Positions 37,595 to 49,724 of a stretch of 64,000 bases of DNA are shown piece by piece. Below the pieces are notes generated by a model. It was given only the letters and a program-made list of their open reading frames with translations, made no database searches and had not been told where the DNA came from. The DNA is from Nemertoderma westbladi (Eukaryota; Animalia; Xenacoelomorpha): positions 1 through 64,000 of the forward strand of contig JAUCBJ010002155.1 of assembly GCA_032718475.1 (NCBI GenBank). Direction: 5' to 3'. A program made the position numbers and the translations under genes. Each line of letters opens with the position of its first letter. Positions within the stretch are counted from its first letter, which is position 1.

Positions 37595-38483
37595 TGTGGG
37601 GCGAGCCACGAAAGTAAGCGAGCTTAGCATACAGGTACCACTAACTCAATCGGTTTGTCTGTTGTTTTGTCGTTCTGTTGTGTCCAATTTTAAACGTTAA
37701 TAACTCAGCCAAATCTCAATGAAATCTATCCAAACTTGGTACATATGTAGTCTGGGAAAAGTTTAGAAATTTTCCAAGTTTAATTTACGTGTGGCCTTCG
37801 AGAAGCAAAGATAATAGCAGTTAATTAGTTAATTAAGTTGATTAGGGTAAAAACAGCGTTTTAAACATGACTCTTAAACGATATTAATGATTTTCTAGTA
37901 TAAGATTTAAATAATTATACTTAACAATTATACAGCTGTATTCCCCATACCCCATTCCATAACAATTATACAGCTGTATTCCCCATACCCTATTCCATTA
38001 TAGTTTTTATTTAGTTCAAGAGATTTGCTTTAAGAAATGTATTTTTAATTGATCTAAACGTAATTAACTTATTAAAATGCGCATGTCTCCAGCTATACAT
38101 CCATAGCTCACCTCATTCCTTGGCATGCCTTCTAGCCTAGCTGGGAAGGGTAACTAGTCTAACCACCTCATCACTACTCAAAGGTAGCATGTAATGAGCC
38201 AGATTAATAAGCCAGCTTGGTTATTGTGTTTAGCTTACAAAATGATTGGCTGAGTACTTAATCATACTTCTTTAGAATAATTAGCTAAATAATTTCGTTG
38301 AGGTGTTGGCATGATAAATTAATATCTCAGTATCAATACTATCGGTATAAGGTAAGGTTTCCCTCTCTTTGATTTATTGGTGTTTGGTTAAATTTCTTAG
38401 ATACAGAGTATGTGAAGCAGTAGAATCGCTCAATAATAATCTGTATCTCATAACTGAGCCTCGTGCTGCGCGAAGGCCCCAAG
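37595..38483. mobile_element. Possible Helentron-associated (DINE-like) non-autonomous element
   Basis: GGGGC/GCCCC sub-terminal match, a GTCT-like stretch, a core AACTCAGCC...CCAAACTTGGTACATATG and a 3' CTCGTGCTGCGCGAAGGCCC motif that recurs at 36083, 61223 (-) and 61620. Confidence 0.35.
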
Positions 38484-38861
38484 AACGTGTTAATCGGTAG
38501 GTAATGGTTAAAGCTATGGCTTCATACCAACTCACTAAAATTATCAATATGGGGGGTTTTCGGGGTCGGTGATTTCATTTCTGATGTCAGTTTAAATGGT
38601 TGGTGGTATATGTTTGTCTGAGAGTTTAGCCTGTCTTGTCTTCTAAATTTTGACGGTCAAACTGATAAACGGAAACACAGCGATAACACTCGAGAACTAA
38701 AAAAGATCTTGCCAAACCGTTATAAGATTTGAACTCCTCCGATTCATTTAAATTCTGCATCAAGGAGGGGGTACCCCCCCCCCCCCCCCTTCCCTTAACA
38801 CCATGACCTTCAAACCTTCAACGAGAAAGCGCAGTTTTTCGCCGTTGGATAAAGTAGAACT

Positions 38862-39278
38862 TGTGATATTGTATTATGGGATGGTGTATTATTGGACTGA
38901 TTAGTATGTATCGTATAGGTTAGGTAGGTATGATATAGTAGTATCTTGTTAGCACCTAGGGTGTGAACAGCTGGTTGTACGGTAGCTGTCAGGGATATAG
39001 TCCTGGGGGCAGGGCGCAGTCAGTAGTTATCATTCAGTTTAGTTATTGAGATGACTTACCGGTGTAGGGTTGTCAGTCATGTTTTGTAGGTAGTTCGTTA
39101 TTAGTTTCATTGTCTGATTGTATCACATCATTATTTGTTATTCATGTATCTCAATACACAAAATACTGACATACTGCAGCTAGTTTCCTAGTTTTACTTC
39201 AGTCTTCTCCAGCTCACCCCTCGAGCGGGATAGTGCGTGGCCGTGGATCCGGGACCGGGCGCCGATAGCGCTTCCACA
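38862..39278 (+). repeat. 5' LTR (417 bp)
   Basis: TGTGATATTG...CTTCCACA; matches 49314-49724 with about ten substitutions and a small indel (counted by eye). Confidence 0.95.
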
Positions 39279-39295
39279 TGGGGGCTTGTCCGGGA
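39279..39295 (+). promoter_or_regulatory. Primer-binding site, tRNA-Pro
   Basis: TGGGGGCTTGTCCGGGA immediately after the LTR, against the canonical tRNA-Pro PBS TGGGGGCTCGTCCGGGAT (one mismatch over 17 nt). Confidence 0.9.
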
Positions 39296-39466
39296 GTAGA
39301 GAAACTGACAGTCTGACAGGCCTACCGCGCTACCGGCAACAGGTACTCTAACTCTGTCTGGCCTACGAGGCTATCGCTACCACAACCAACTACCGTACCC
39401 ATCACTGTATCAGGCAGTCAGACTGTGGGTGGCGGGTCTCTGACGATTATTCCACTGCAGCACTGT

Positions 39467-41629
39467 ATGCCTGCGCGTCGACCCGAGCGCAAACAAGCTG
39501 GAAGCGTTAACTTTCCCACGGGTAAGCCTTCCTATCGGCAGAAACTTCGTTCCGCTTCTGGTTCTCCTCATCCAGACAGCACGGACGAACATTCGTTCCT
39601 CTACAAGTCATCGGGAGCTGTTTCAAAGTTGCGTCGTAGTTCTCTCTCGCCCTCGTTACACGGATCGCGACAGCAACGGGGATCCTTGAACCGATCAATT
39701 TCAGGGCCGCCGACTACTCGACGACGAGATTCTCCAACGGTTGCTCCGCCGACTACTCGACGACGGGATTCTCCTACAGTTGCTCCGCCGACTACTCGAC
39801 GACGGGATTCTCCTACAGTTGCTCCGCCGACTACTCGACGACGAGATTCTCCAACAGTTGCTCCGCCGACTACTCGACGACGGGATTCTCCTACAGTTGC
39901 TCCGCCGACTACTCGACGACGAGATTCTCCTACAGTTGCTCCGCCGACTACTCGACGACGAGATTCTCCAACGGTTGCTCCGCCGACTACTAGACGACGG
40001 GATTCTCTGACGGTTGCTCCGTCGACTACTCGACGACGAGATTCTTCAACAGTTGCTCCGCCGACTACCCGACGACGAGATCCGACTATGGAAAGCATCC
40101 GCAAGGAACCGGACTGCTTTGATGGTTCTGGTGATTTCGAGGCATGGAACAGATCGGTGCAACGGATCGCCAGACTCAGGGGGTGGAAGAACGACGCTCT
40201 CGGTAAGATTGTGCCTGTTTATTTAACCGGTAGGGCTGCACGTGTCCTTGATGAACTGGCTGAACATGAACAGGAAAACTATGATGCAATTCGTGATATT
40301 TTACGTGCCCGTTTTTGCCCCCAGGATACTAGTTTTGTGTACAATGAATTACTAGATCGTAAACAGAAGGTGGGGGAAACTATTTCTGAATTTTCCGATA
40401 TTATAACTAGTTTAGGGGTACAAGCTTTTCCGGGAATGAGCACTGAGCAACGGGAACTTTTACTTTTGCCAATATTTTATAGAGGGATTTCCCCTGAATT
40501 AGCGAGAAGTATACGGTTAACAGAACCGCACAATTTTGGGGAGGCAGTTCACCGTGCTAGGCGCGAGGAACTTTATTTAAGACAGGAAAATAATGGTATA
40601 TTTGGCTGTGAATTGGGCGATCGTAGGGACCAGAGTAATAGGCCCAGGGAACCGCCTCCCAGTCCCAGACAAACTTCATACAGTAAGGTTAGTTTTTCAG
40701 AACAGTCCCCAAAACAGACTGATATGAGTTATCTAGAAAGACAACTGAAGGACTTACAACTGAAACTGTCCAATCAGACACCAAATACCAGTAGCTACCC
40801 ACGCGCCAATTACAATAATAATTATAGCCGCGATAATCACGGTCGGGGACAGAATAACTGGTTTGACCCCAACGCAAGGTGGACTGGTACTAGCGGTACG
40901 GGCAACTCACGGGACAGCAGTAACAGAGGGTTTACACCACGATCTAATAACTACAGTAGCAACAGTTCGGTTACTTGCTACAACTGTGGGGAACCGGGAC
41001 ATTATAGCCGAAATTGCACTAGACCACGTACGAATACCGACTCAAATCCTAACAGGCAATACTCTAACCCGAATTACAACCCTAACCCTACTTACAACCC
41101 TAACCCTAATTTTAACCCAAATCTCAATCCAGCTTCAATGTACACAGCTGTAGTGTCCAATAAACTAGACATGCATTTTCCAGTAAGAATCGAAAACGAG
41201 GATGGTGAAGCATTTTTAGATAGTGGCTCACATTATTCCCTGATAGATTTTAGGAAACTCCCATCCGGTGTGCAGTTGCGTGCCCTTGATTTACCACCTA
41301 TTAGCGGTATAGGGGGACAGGTTAAACCTATGGGATTGGCTACTTTACAAATATCAGTTACAAGCAATTTTTCGGTTTCCCTCGAGGTCCACGTAGCAGA
41401 CTTATCTTGTGTTGGGATTCCCCCGTTTCTGTTAGGGTTAGATTTCGTAAGTATTGCTTGTGCGTCCATAGATTTTCTAGACAGATGTTTGGTTCTAACC
41501 AACCAGGAAAGAGTGTACTTTGCCAGGTTAAACACGCCCAGCAACGCTGGTAACGGTAAGAGTACAAACCCTTTTTGTTGTTTTGTTTCTGCGATAGAAA
41601 GACTACGATCCCAGCAGGGACACAGGTGA
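39467..41629 (+). CDS. gag: Gag (capsid, CCHC zinc knuckle) fused to aspartic protease
   Basis: PDCFDG..., RKQKVGETISEF, CYNCGEPGHYSRNC, AFLDSGS, FLLGLDF. First ATG at 39467; an alternative ATG at 40088 follows the repeat. Confidence 0.92.
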   Translation: MPARRPERKQAGSVNFPTGKPSYRQKLRSASGSPHPDSTDEHSFLYKSSGAVSKLRRSSLSPSLHGSRQQRGSLNRSISGPPTTRRRDSPTVAPPTTRRRDSPTVAPPTTRRRDSPTVAPPTTRRRDSPTVAPPTTRRRDSPTVAPPTTRRRDSPTVAPPTTRRRDSPTVAPPTTRRRDSLTVAPSTTRRRDSSTVAPPTTRRRDPTMESIRKEPDCFDGSGDFEAWNRSVQRIARLRGWKNDALGKIVPVYLTGRAARVLDELAEHEQENYDAIRDILRARFCPQDTSFVYNELLDRKQKVGETISEFSDIITSLGVQAFPGMSTEQRELLLLPIFYRGISPELARSIRLTEPHNFGEAVHRARREELYLRQENNGIFGCELGDRRDQSNRPREPPPSPRQTSYSKVSFSEQSPKQTDMSYLERQLKDLQLKLSNQTPNTSSYPRANYNNNYSRDNHGRGQNNWFDPNARWTGTSGTGNSRDSSNRGFTPRSNNYSSNSSVTCYNCGEPGHYSRNCTRPRTNTDSNPNRQYSNPNYNPNPTYNPNPNFNPNLNPASMYTAVVSNKLDMHFPVRIENEDGEAFLDSGSHYSLIDFRKLPSGVQLRALDLPPISGIGGQVKPMGLATLQISVTSNFSVSLEVHVADLSCVGIPPFLLGLDFVSIACASIDFLDRCLVLTNQERVYFARLNTPSNAGNGKSTNPFCCFVSAIERLRSQQGHR
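39707..40087 (+). repeat. 39-bp tandem repeat (about 9 copies), in frame as PPTTRRRDSPTVA
   Basis: Seen directly in the gag 5' region. Confidence 0.95.
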
Positions 41630-43771
41630 GACTGGCAGGGAAATTGTATGATAATGGATTATTAGCAGAGTCGGTAATGATAGAGCCGTTAGTAAAATCA
41701 AGGGGTTCGTATCTAACTGCGCGAAGTGTAGTTTCTAACCCATTGGACGGATCAGGTAAGGTTCCAGTGCAGTTATTAAATCCGAATAACTACCCGGTTA
41801 CAATATATCGCAATCAGAAAATTGCATTATATTGTACAGTAGATAATGATAGCTTCAATAAAGAAGTTAAACAAGACTCGGTAGAGCGCGACATACAAAG
41901 GGAGTATTTAGCTAAGGAATTACCGTTAGATCATTTGGAGCCTCAGCAGAGGACCCAGTTAATAGATATTGCTACTCAACATGCTGCGGCGTTTTCCTTT
42001 GGAGATTGCGATATAGGTAAGGCTGACCTATTAGAACATAAAATCCCACTTAAACCAGAGGCTAAGCCCTTTTACACGAGACCACGTACAGTACCTATGG
42101 GGCTTAGGAAAGAGATTGACAAACAGGTAGGCAATATGTTAGCCGCAGGTGTTATTCAACCTAGCAACAGTGAGTGGGGGGCACCAATAATATTAAGTAA
42201 AAAAAAAGATGGTAAGTGGCGGTTTTGCGTTGATCTTCGCCGTCTTAACGCTGCGGCTGTGCCACAATTTTGGCCTTTGCCGCGCATAGACGAAATGTTG
42301 TCGGAAATTGGCACAGCACGGCCCAAATATTTTACGACACTCGATTTTAAATCGATGTTTTGGCAGGTACCCTTAGCCGCTGAAGATACACATAAAACCG
42401 CTTTCGTAACACATAGTGGCCATTACGAATTTGTTAGAATGCCCTTTGGCCTCCAGTCCAGCCCTTCTGGCTGCCAGAATCTTATGCAATTAGCTTTGCA
42501 TGGTATCGAGTACGTTCTCGTTTACCTCGATGACGTCATACTGTATACCCGGGAATGGGACACCCACGTAAGTACTATTATCATTCTATTACGTAGAATT
42601 ATCGATCTCGGCTTGAAGCTCAAACCAAGTAAGTGCATGTTCGGGGCGACATCTGTAAAATTCCTAGGCCATGTGATAGATAGCTCAGGGCAGCATATGG
42701 ACAAGGATAAGGTCCAAGCCATGGTTGATTTTCCGCGACCGGCCAATGCAAAGCAACTTTATAGCTTCCTAGGATTATGTGGTTACTATAGGAAATTTAT
42801 TAAGGATTATGGTAAGATTGTAGCTCCCTTGAACGTGTTGTTAAGGAAAAACCAAGAGTTCGTATGGACAAGCGATTGTGAGCAGGCTTTTACATTCCTT
42901 AAGAAACGCCTAATTAATAACCCTATTCTAGAACACCCTGATATAGACCAGCCGTTTTACTTAGAGACTGACGCTAGCGGTATAGCTTTAGGAGCTGTTT
43001 TATATCAGGATGCGGGCGTAATCGCTTACTCATCGAGGTCGCTAAGCAACGCTGAGAGAAAGTGGTCCATTACGGAGCTAGAGGCTTTAGCCGTGGTCTG
43101 GGCAATGCAGAAACACAGGTTTTACCTCATTGGCCGCGCATTTACGTTAGTTTCGGATCATAAACCACTCAGTTGTTTACAGACCAAACTCGAACTTCCA
43201 GGGCGTTTGCAGCGATGGGCCGTTAAACTGTCTGAATTTAATTTCAATTTTGTTTACAGGCCAGGCCGACTTAACCGCGCTGATTGTCTTTCTAGAATAC
43301 CATTACAGGTAACCCCTGGCAACCAACGAGACGAAACCGTTTCTAATGAACCGGTTGCCATGGATACGTTACTTCCCCCTATGCATAATGACCCAGTCTC
43401 GTCAGATAATTATTGCTTGATAGGACTAGCCAATTTAGACCTACATAATGATAGCGATAGACCAAACGCTGTTGAGGTGGACCTAGACAATGGCGTGCAG
43501 CCGCCAAAACCTAATCCATGTGACATTCTAAGTTCCCCAGACAGACCCAACCACGATAGTGACGTCACATACATTATCAATAATGACAATAATAATAATT
43601 GGACACTTCCGGGCGGCCAACAGTACTGCACATTGACTGCCTTGCGTAAGTTACAATCAGAAGACAATAACTTACAGCCTATGATTGATACATTACTGGA
43701 CACAGCTGTTACAATAGCCGATGCCGATGTGCGCAAATCGCTACACGAGTATCGTTACATGCTCAAGTTTA
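41575..43771 (+). CDS. pol: Pol 5' part: reverse transcriptase + RNase H, interrupted by an insertion at 43772
   Basis: WRFCVDLRRLN, MPFGL, YLDD, FLGH, ETDAS, ELEALA, SDHKPL, RLQRW, ADCLSR. Confidence 0.95.
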
Positions 43772-46700
43772 CACTGAAAAAACGAAGTTGTACTTTTTTC
43801 ATAAAAAAGTGCCGATTTTCCAAAAAAGTGCATCTGGTTTTGAGTACTCAAACGAGATACGCTTTTTTGAAAAACCGGCACTTTTTCAAGTAGCAAAAAG
43901 AGTCACTTTTTATTACAATATAAAAATGGCACTTTTTCAAGGAGCAGAAAAGAGCACTTTTAATTACTCTAAAAGTGGTACTTTTTTTGATATGTTAGTA
44001 CTGATTTTCTGTTTAGAAAACGACACTTTTCTGAATATTATTTCCGTTTTTATATTCATTAGTAGGAAAAAAGCTCATCTTTTTTTATGTAATATGTACT
44101 TTATTTGTGGGATAATCATTTAAAACATGCACTTTTTAGATTAAGCAGCACTTATTAAAATATAAAGTGGTACTTGATTTCCAATTAAAGTGCTACTTTC
44201 TATTTAAAAATACCACTCCCCGCAATATTTAAGATCAATTTATATTACTTAGTATGTGAAAAAGAGGTACTTTTCACTGTAAAGAAGAACTAGTTTGGTT
44301 TGCTTATCAAAGGGGAACTTATTCTTTTTAATAATGAGTGTAAATTTCTTTAAATTAAATGAAGTCATATTTTTAAGGTATGATGAATATTGACCCCAAA
44401 GTTTTTCCCCATAAAAGTTTAATAATGAATAATAAACAACACGAGAATCTATTATTATAATTATGGCTATTAATATACACGAGATTGATCAAATACTTAA
44501 CACAGAACAGTTTTACAGTTGCTATGCCAGCCGCTGCTTCGGTTACATCATAAACAGATAGTTATAATACTGATATAACACATGACATTATAACGTATAA
44601 CGCAACGAACATGTACGACAAATATATTACATGCACGGACTGGCCTATACTGGACTGGTCAGTAAGGCCATACCGCGTGCATACAGAATATTACAATGTC
44701 GTACATGTTAGTTGACAGTACTACAATAATAAGGCAATATAAAAACAAAATAACTAATCCATGTAATCGATATAATAAAATGCCTAAAATATAATAAGTT
44801 CAGTTTAGTTCTTAACTCACAGATGCAATCCTGCTACTGTGCACCCATCTTCCATCTATATGAAGATAACATGAACAATGTCATGACCAAGCATGACCAA
44901 TCCACATTCTACATAAAATAAAACACCACAGTTCAGCCTAAACTTTCCATATTTGCAACAAAATTCAGTTCATTAGTTTGTAACTGACAAAACGCCATTC
45001 GCCATAACATAACTAAATTATTCTTCTCTGCCGTATCAGTTCTAACGATTTCAGTGTCCTATTTACAACTTATGACTCAGTTACGTTGACAGTCTCAGTA
45101 CCGTACTCTCGACTAAGGTACTCCTCAATATTTTCTAGTGCGGCTGCGAATGAGTGGGGCACTTGGCCTTTAGGGTAGCTAAATTCCGCGCGGAATTCTT
45201 TGTAAGGGAATATATATTCTTCCTGGACTTCCCTCACCCAACAAGCATTCCCCGTCCCAAAAAAAGTATACCCATAGACAACCCCCCATTTTTTTCGGAG
45301 GAGGGTCAGTTCCATCTGGTGCAACAGAAACCTTACCAGGCCAGGGTATATCCTTTTTTCTCATTCTCGCCCAAATGAGAGCGCCGCCTCCTCCTCCGGG
45401 AATATTGTCAGTATCTCCTAAATCTGACTCCGAAATAGACACTGACTCGAGGCTCGAACTGGAAGCGGTTGTTGAATTGGAATTATCCGATTCGGGATCA
45501 TCTGAACTCCGCAGATCCTCCTGTAGGTCTACAAGAACCGGTTTCCTTCTTGGTTTTTTAAATTTTTTCTTAGCCGTCAACACGTTCACTTTCATTCGTT
45601 TGCACCCAGTAAATCTCTTAGTTGCAGCCTTACTCAACACTTGATCCGCCACAGCAGTCGATTTTACCGAAGTATCGGTACCGGTAGTAACACTTTCATT
45701 GTCATCGCCCTTGTTGTAGGCCTTGGATGGATCAACGGTGGTATCCTTAGGCCTATCGGCTGCGGCACCCATGTGCCGGTAAGACTTGTTCGCCTTGTGT
45801 ACGGATAACTTATGACGGAAAAATGCAGTTTTATCGTGAAGGCGGTGGTGTTTAATCTGCATCTCCGGATACACAGAACATACTGATTCCGCCATTTGAT
45901 AAATATCGCAAATATTCCGACTTTCGAAGTCAGATAGAAATTGACGAACGGCTCGACGAAATCCAGGAGTATCCTTGGCTACATCTTGTGCGGTTATTTC
46001 CAGTTGAATTACTGGGACTCTCGGTTGCTTATTTCCGGAAGACGATTCGCGTAGAGGTGGAATATAATACGTGATTCCATTTTCGACTTTCGTATCTAAT
46101 TGAGATCGTGGTGTTCGATGACAACTAGCACTAGTAGCACCGCCGGTACCGGTAGCTGTAGGACCACCGGTATCACATCCAGATGTTCCGGTACCCATCC
46201 CCATGTTGGTACCTATGTGGACGCACTGGGCAAAATGGGCAACTAACCCATGGAGGATCTAGCTGTTTCTGTGTTTCCCGCAACTTGGACATGCAGTGTT
46301 TTTTTTCTGTTCCTCCCCACAGTGTGGGCAGAAACTAAACTCTGCACTTAGATTATCGCCTTTACCGCAACACCGCGACATTGTATGTAGGTACTGATGT
46401 AGGCTACCGTACCGGTGCACTGGTGGAGGTATGTATGTACCGCGTCCCGGTAATGTTTTTTTTTACTGTTTTAACACTTTTTTAAGCAAGGCAGTTAGAT
46501 TAGTTTAGTTAGCACTACACGCACTAGCACAAATCTGCAAAGCACAGCACACCAGGAGCACACTTGGCAGTTATGCTGTTCATCAGTAAACTCCAGTCCA
46601 GCAGTACCGGTACTCTGAGAACTGCATGCTGTGCAGCTGTCAGGCTGTGGGTAGGATGCAGGAGATATGATAGGCCTACTTTTACCTACCAATATACATG

Positions 46701-47225
46701 AATACGACGTGACCAACCCCCCCCCCCCCCCCCCCCCCCCCAACACCCTCACCCTTGCAATACTGCTCCCAAAATTTAGATTGCACAACATACATATTTT
46801 TGTATGTGTGTATTAGTATGCTGATTAGGGTACTTTTTAATTTTTTGTTTTAAAGTAGCACTTTACAACACATAACAATAAATTGTTTAAAATCGCAACT
46901 TTTTACAGAAAAGGACACGTTTTAATTTTTTGTTTTAAAGTAGCACTTTACAACACAACAATAAATTGTTTAAAAGCGCACCTTTTTACAGAAATTTAAA
47001 AAAGTGGAACTTTAATATATTTAGTAATTTCCATAACCTGGTATATTCTTGAAGTACATTTAATTAAATTTAACAAAATGGGTTTTTGTAATTTGGAAAA
47101 ATAAATAATTTCATATTTCGAAAAAAATTGCAGTTTAGTAAAATCGCAACTTTAAAAATTAATTAATGCCACTAATAATTGATAGTGGCACTTTTTCAAA
47201 CGAGATGTAGTTACTTTTTTCAGTG
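43772..47225. mobile_element. CACTG-ended DNA transposon (CMC/EnSpm-type ends), non-autonomous, nested in pol
   Basis: CACTGAAAAAA / TTTTTTCAGTG termini with TA on both sides (43770-43771, 47226-47227) and AT-rich subterminal GCACTTTT repeats. Removing it restores the pol frame YMLKF-RAQYVMVD. Confidence 0.9.
45070..46381 (-). pseudogene. Cargo gene: double zinc ribbon - low-complexity linker - PWWP domain, frameshifted
   Basis: From ATG 46381: MSRCCG...FCPHCG...CPSCGK / QLDPPWVSCPFC. ORF 45179-46204 ends LIWARMRKKDIPWPGKV...LWVYFF, and a frame change in a T7 run gives GTGNACWV...IFPYKEFRAEF...FAAALENIEE, an HDGF-type PWWP pattern. Confidence 0.8.
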
Positions 47226-47227
47226 TA

Positions 47228-48477
47228 GAGCACAATATGTTATGGTTGACAATATACTCTGCCATTTATCAACAAGTAACGGTAAATCGAAGGTACAGAT
47301 TGTAGTTCCTAAGTTACTAAGGCAACAAATTATATCCATGTGTCACGATGAAAAGTCTCACATGGGTATTGATAAAACGGTAGGTGCTATCCATATGAAG
47401 TATTATTGGGTAGGTATAAAGGATAATGTTAAGCAGCACATTCGTGAATGTGACCCATGCCAGCGTAGGAAGGGCGTCCCTCAGACCCAACCACTGTCAC
47501 CTCTCCCAGTCGTTGAACGTGTCTTGCAACGCCTTTCAATTGATATCGTTAAAGGCTTCCAGACGTCATCTAAAGGTAACAAGGTTATCCTTACAGTAGT
47601 TGATCATCTTACTCGTTACGCTTCCCTCCTCCCGTTACCAAATGAAGAAGCCGCTACCGTTGCCAGGGCTTTAGTGGATGGTATTTTTCTTATATACGGC
47701 GCCCCCGAGAATTTATTAAGCGATAGGGGTAGTAATTTCACGTCTAATTTATTCAAGGAATTAACTGCAATGTTTGGTATTGTTTCCGTATTTACGTCGG
47801 TATACCACCCAGCTTGCAATGGTCTTACAGAACGCATTAACCAGTTAGCTGTAAACATGTTATCGTTGACAGCTACCAACCCGCATAATTGGGACGAGTT
47901 TATTCCCGCTGTTGCGTTTAATTATAATACTTTGATTCAGAGTACACTTAAGGAAACTCCTTTCTCTTTAATGTATGGGCGACAGGCGACAACTCAAGTA
48001 GACACGCAGATAGCCCGGCCGTACAGCTTGCTAGCAGATGAAGCAACATTCGCAGACGAATTAAGGTTTCGTTTGGAGCGGGCCCATGGGATAGCCAGGG
48101 AAGCTCTTAGGCTTACACAGGTGAAACAGAAACAATACCACGACGGTAATCTGGGGAAGCGCCAACGCAGTAACATTCGAACCTACACTAAGGGGCAGTC
48201 TGTATTATACTATGATAGGACGACCAAAGGTAAGAATACGAAGCTGAGCTTCAGGTTTAGGGGTCCTTATGCTATTGTTGATCAGGTTGGTAAATCAAGT
48301 TATGCCATTAAACTGTTGGGAAAATCGGGAAAACCAAATCCACGTTCTCGACTTATTATTGTAAATGTGAAGGACTTAAAACCATACTATAGGGAAGAAA
48401 GTAACTCCACGGGAGATGATACAGGTAGGGGGAACGACAGTGCGGACGTCTACGACGGTGACGATAGCGACTGTTGA
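47228..48477 (+). CDS. pol: Pol 3' part: integrase (HHCC zinc finger, DDE core, GPY motif)
   Basis: CHDEKSHMG...CDPC, SIDIV, VDHLTRY, SDRGSNF, YHPACNGLTERIN, FRGPY. Confidence 0.95.
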
Positions 48478-49301
48478 CCGTTGACGCAAATTATAGAGAC
48501 GTAGTCGATGTGACTTGACTGTTTGCTGGTTACCATGGCTACATAGATAAATTGCATTTATTAACAATGAATAACTTTTGTTTGGAAAAAAAAATTGTTA
48601 TCCTGAATTATTTAGATATTGTGATTTTTTTTAAATTCCGTTCCATTGCTCGGCTCTCACCCGTTATTCGCCCACGAGATATTTTGTGCCTCAGTTATGT
48701 ACATTTTGTAGAGTATTCTCTATTCTGTATGTATTATTATTTACCTTATGTACATAACTCCAACATATATATTTTTTGTATATTTTTGTTACGTCATTAC
48801 GTATTATTATTACATAAGATACGGATAGATAGATACTGTATGGATGGATACATGTTTATGATAGATACTGTATGGATACATTTTCATGTGATAGATACTG
48901 TATAGATACTGTATGGATACATTTTCATGTGATAGATACACGTATTAATTATTTACTTATATAGCCTTTATTTATTGTGGCAGTGACACATTTTATGGAT
49001 TGTACTATGGTCGGTTACTTACGGTGCGATTTACAGATTGCAATTATGCTTGATATAGTGTTATTTGGTTACTCATTGAGTTGTACGTGTTATTCTTTAG
49101 TCATACTGGCTTACGATACATGCAGTACGAAATTTCGATTTAGATATTATTGGCCTTAGGCTAGTTGAATGTATTGTTGGTATCGTGCTTCATATACAGT
49201 ATCTATACTGCCGTTGAGGTAGACTTTACTTGTCGATGTAGTCATTAGACTTGGGGTTTGTAGTTTGTGCGTTCTAGAAACTCGTGGGCGAGTTTTTTTT
49301 T

Positions 49302-49313
49302 AAGAAGGGGGGA
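49302..49313 (+). promoter_or_regulatory. Polypurine tract
   Basis: AAGAAGGGGGGA directly before the 3' LTR, preceded by a T-run. Confidence 0.9.
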
Positions 49314-49724
49314 TGTGATATTGTATTATGGGATGGTGTATAATTGGACTGATTAGTATGTATTGTATAGGTTAAGTAGGTATGATATAGTAGTATCTTG
49401 TTAGCACCTAGGGTGTGAACAGCTGGTTGTACGGTAGCTGTCACGGATATAGTCCTGGGGGCAGGGCGCAGTCAGTAGTTATCATTCAGTTTAGTTATTG
49501 AGATGACTTACCGGTGTAGGGTTGTCAGTCATGTTTTGTAGGTAGTTCGTTATTAGTTTCATTGTCTGATTGTATCATATCATTATTTGTTATTCATGTA
49601 TCTCGATACACAATATACTGATATACTGCACGCCTAGTTTCACTTCAGTCTTCTCCAGCTCACCCCTCGAGCGGGATAGTGCGTGGCCGTGGATCCGGGA
49701 CCGGGCGCCGATAGCGCTTCCACA
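49314..49724 (+). repeat. 3' LTR (411 bp)
   Basis: Direct repeat of 38862-39278. Confidence 0.95.

Larger units (their letters stand above)
38862..49724 (+). mobile_element. Full-length Ty3/Gypsy LTR retrotransposon with a nested DNA transposon
   Basis: TG..CA LTRs, 4-bp TSD AACT (38858-38861, 49725-49728), PBS, PPT and gag-PR / RT-RH-IN order. Confidence 0.97.

Noticed and set aside
41040-41120. TAACCC telomere-like repeats
   Set aside because: They encode NPN repeats in the gag frame and are imperfect.
43772-44123. C-terminal tail of the pol ORF and ORF 43788-44123
   Set aside because: Read-through into the AT-rich end of the inserted element.
48478-49301. env-like third ORF
   Set aside because: Only short AT-rich ORFs and simple repeats; no signal peptide/TM architecture.
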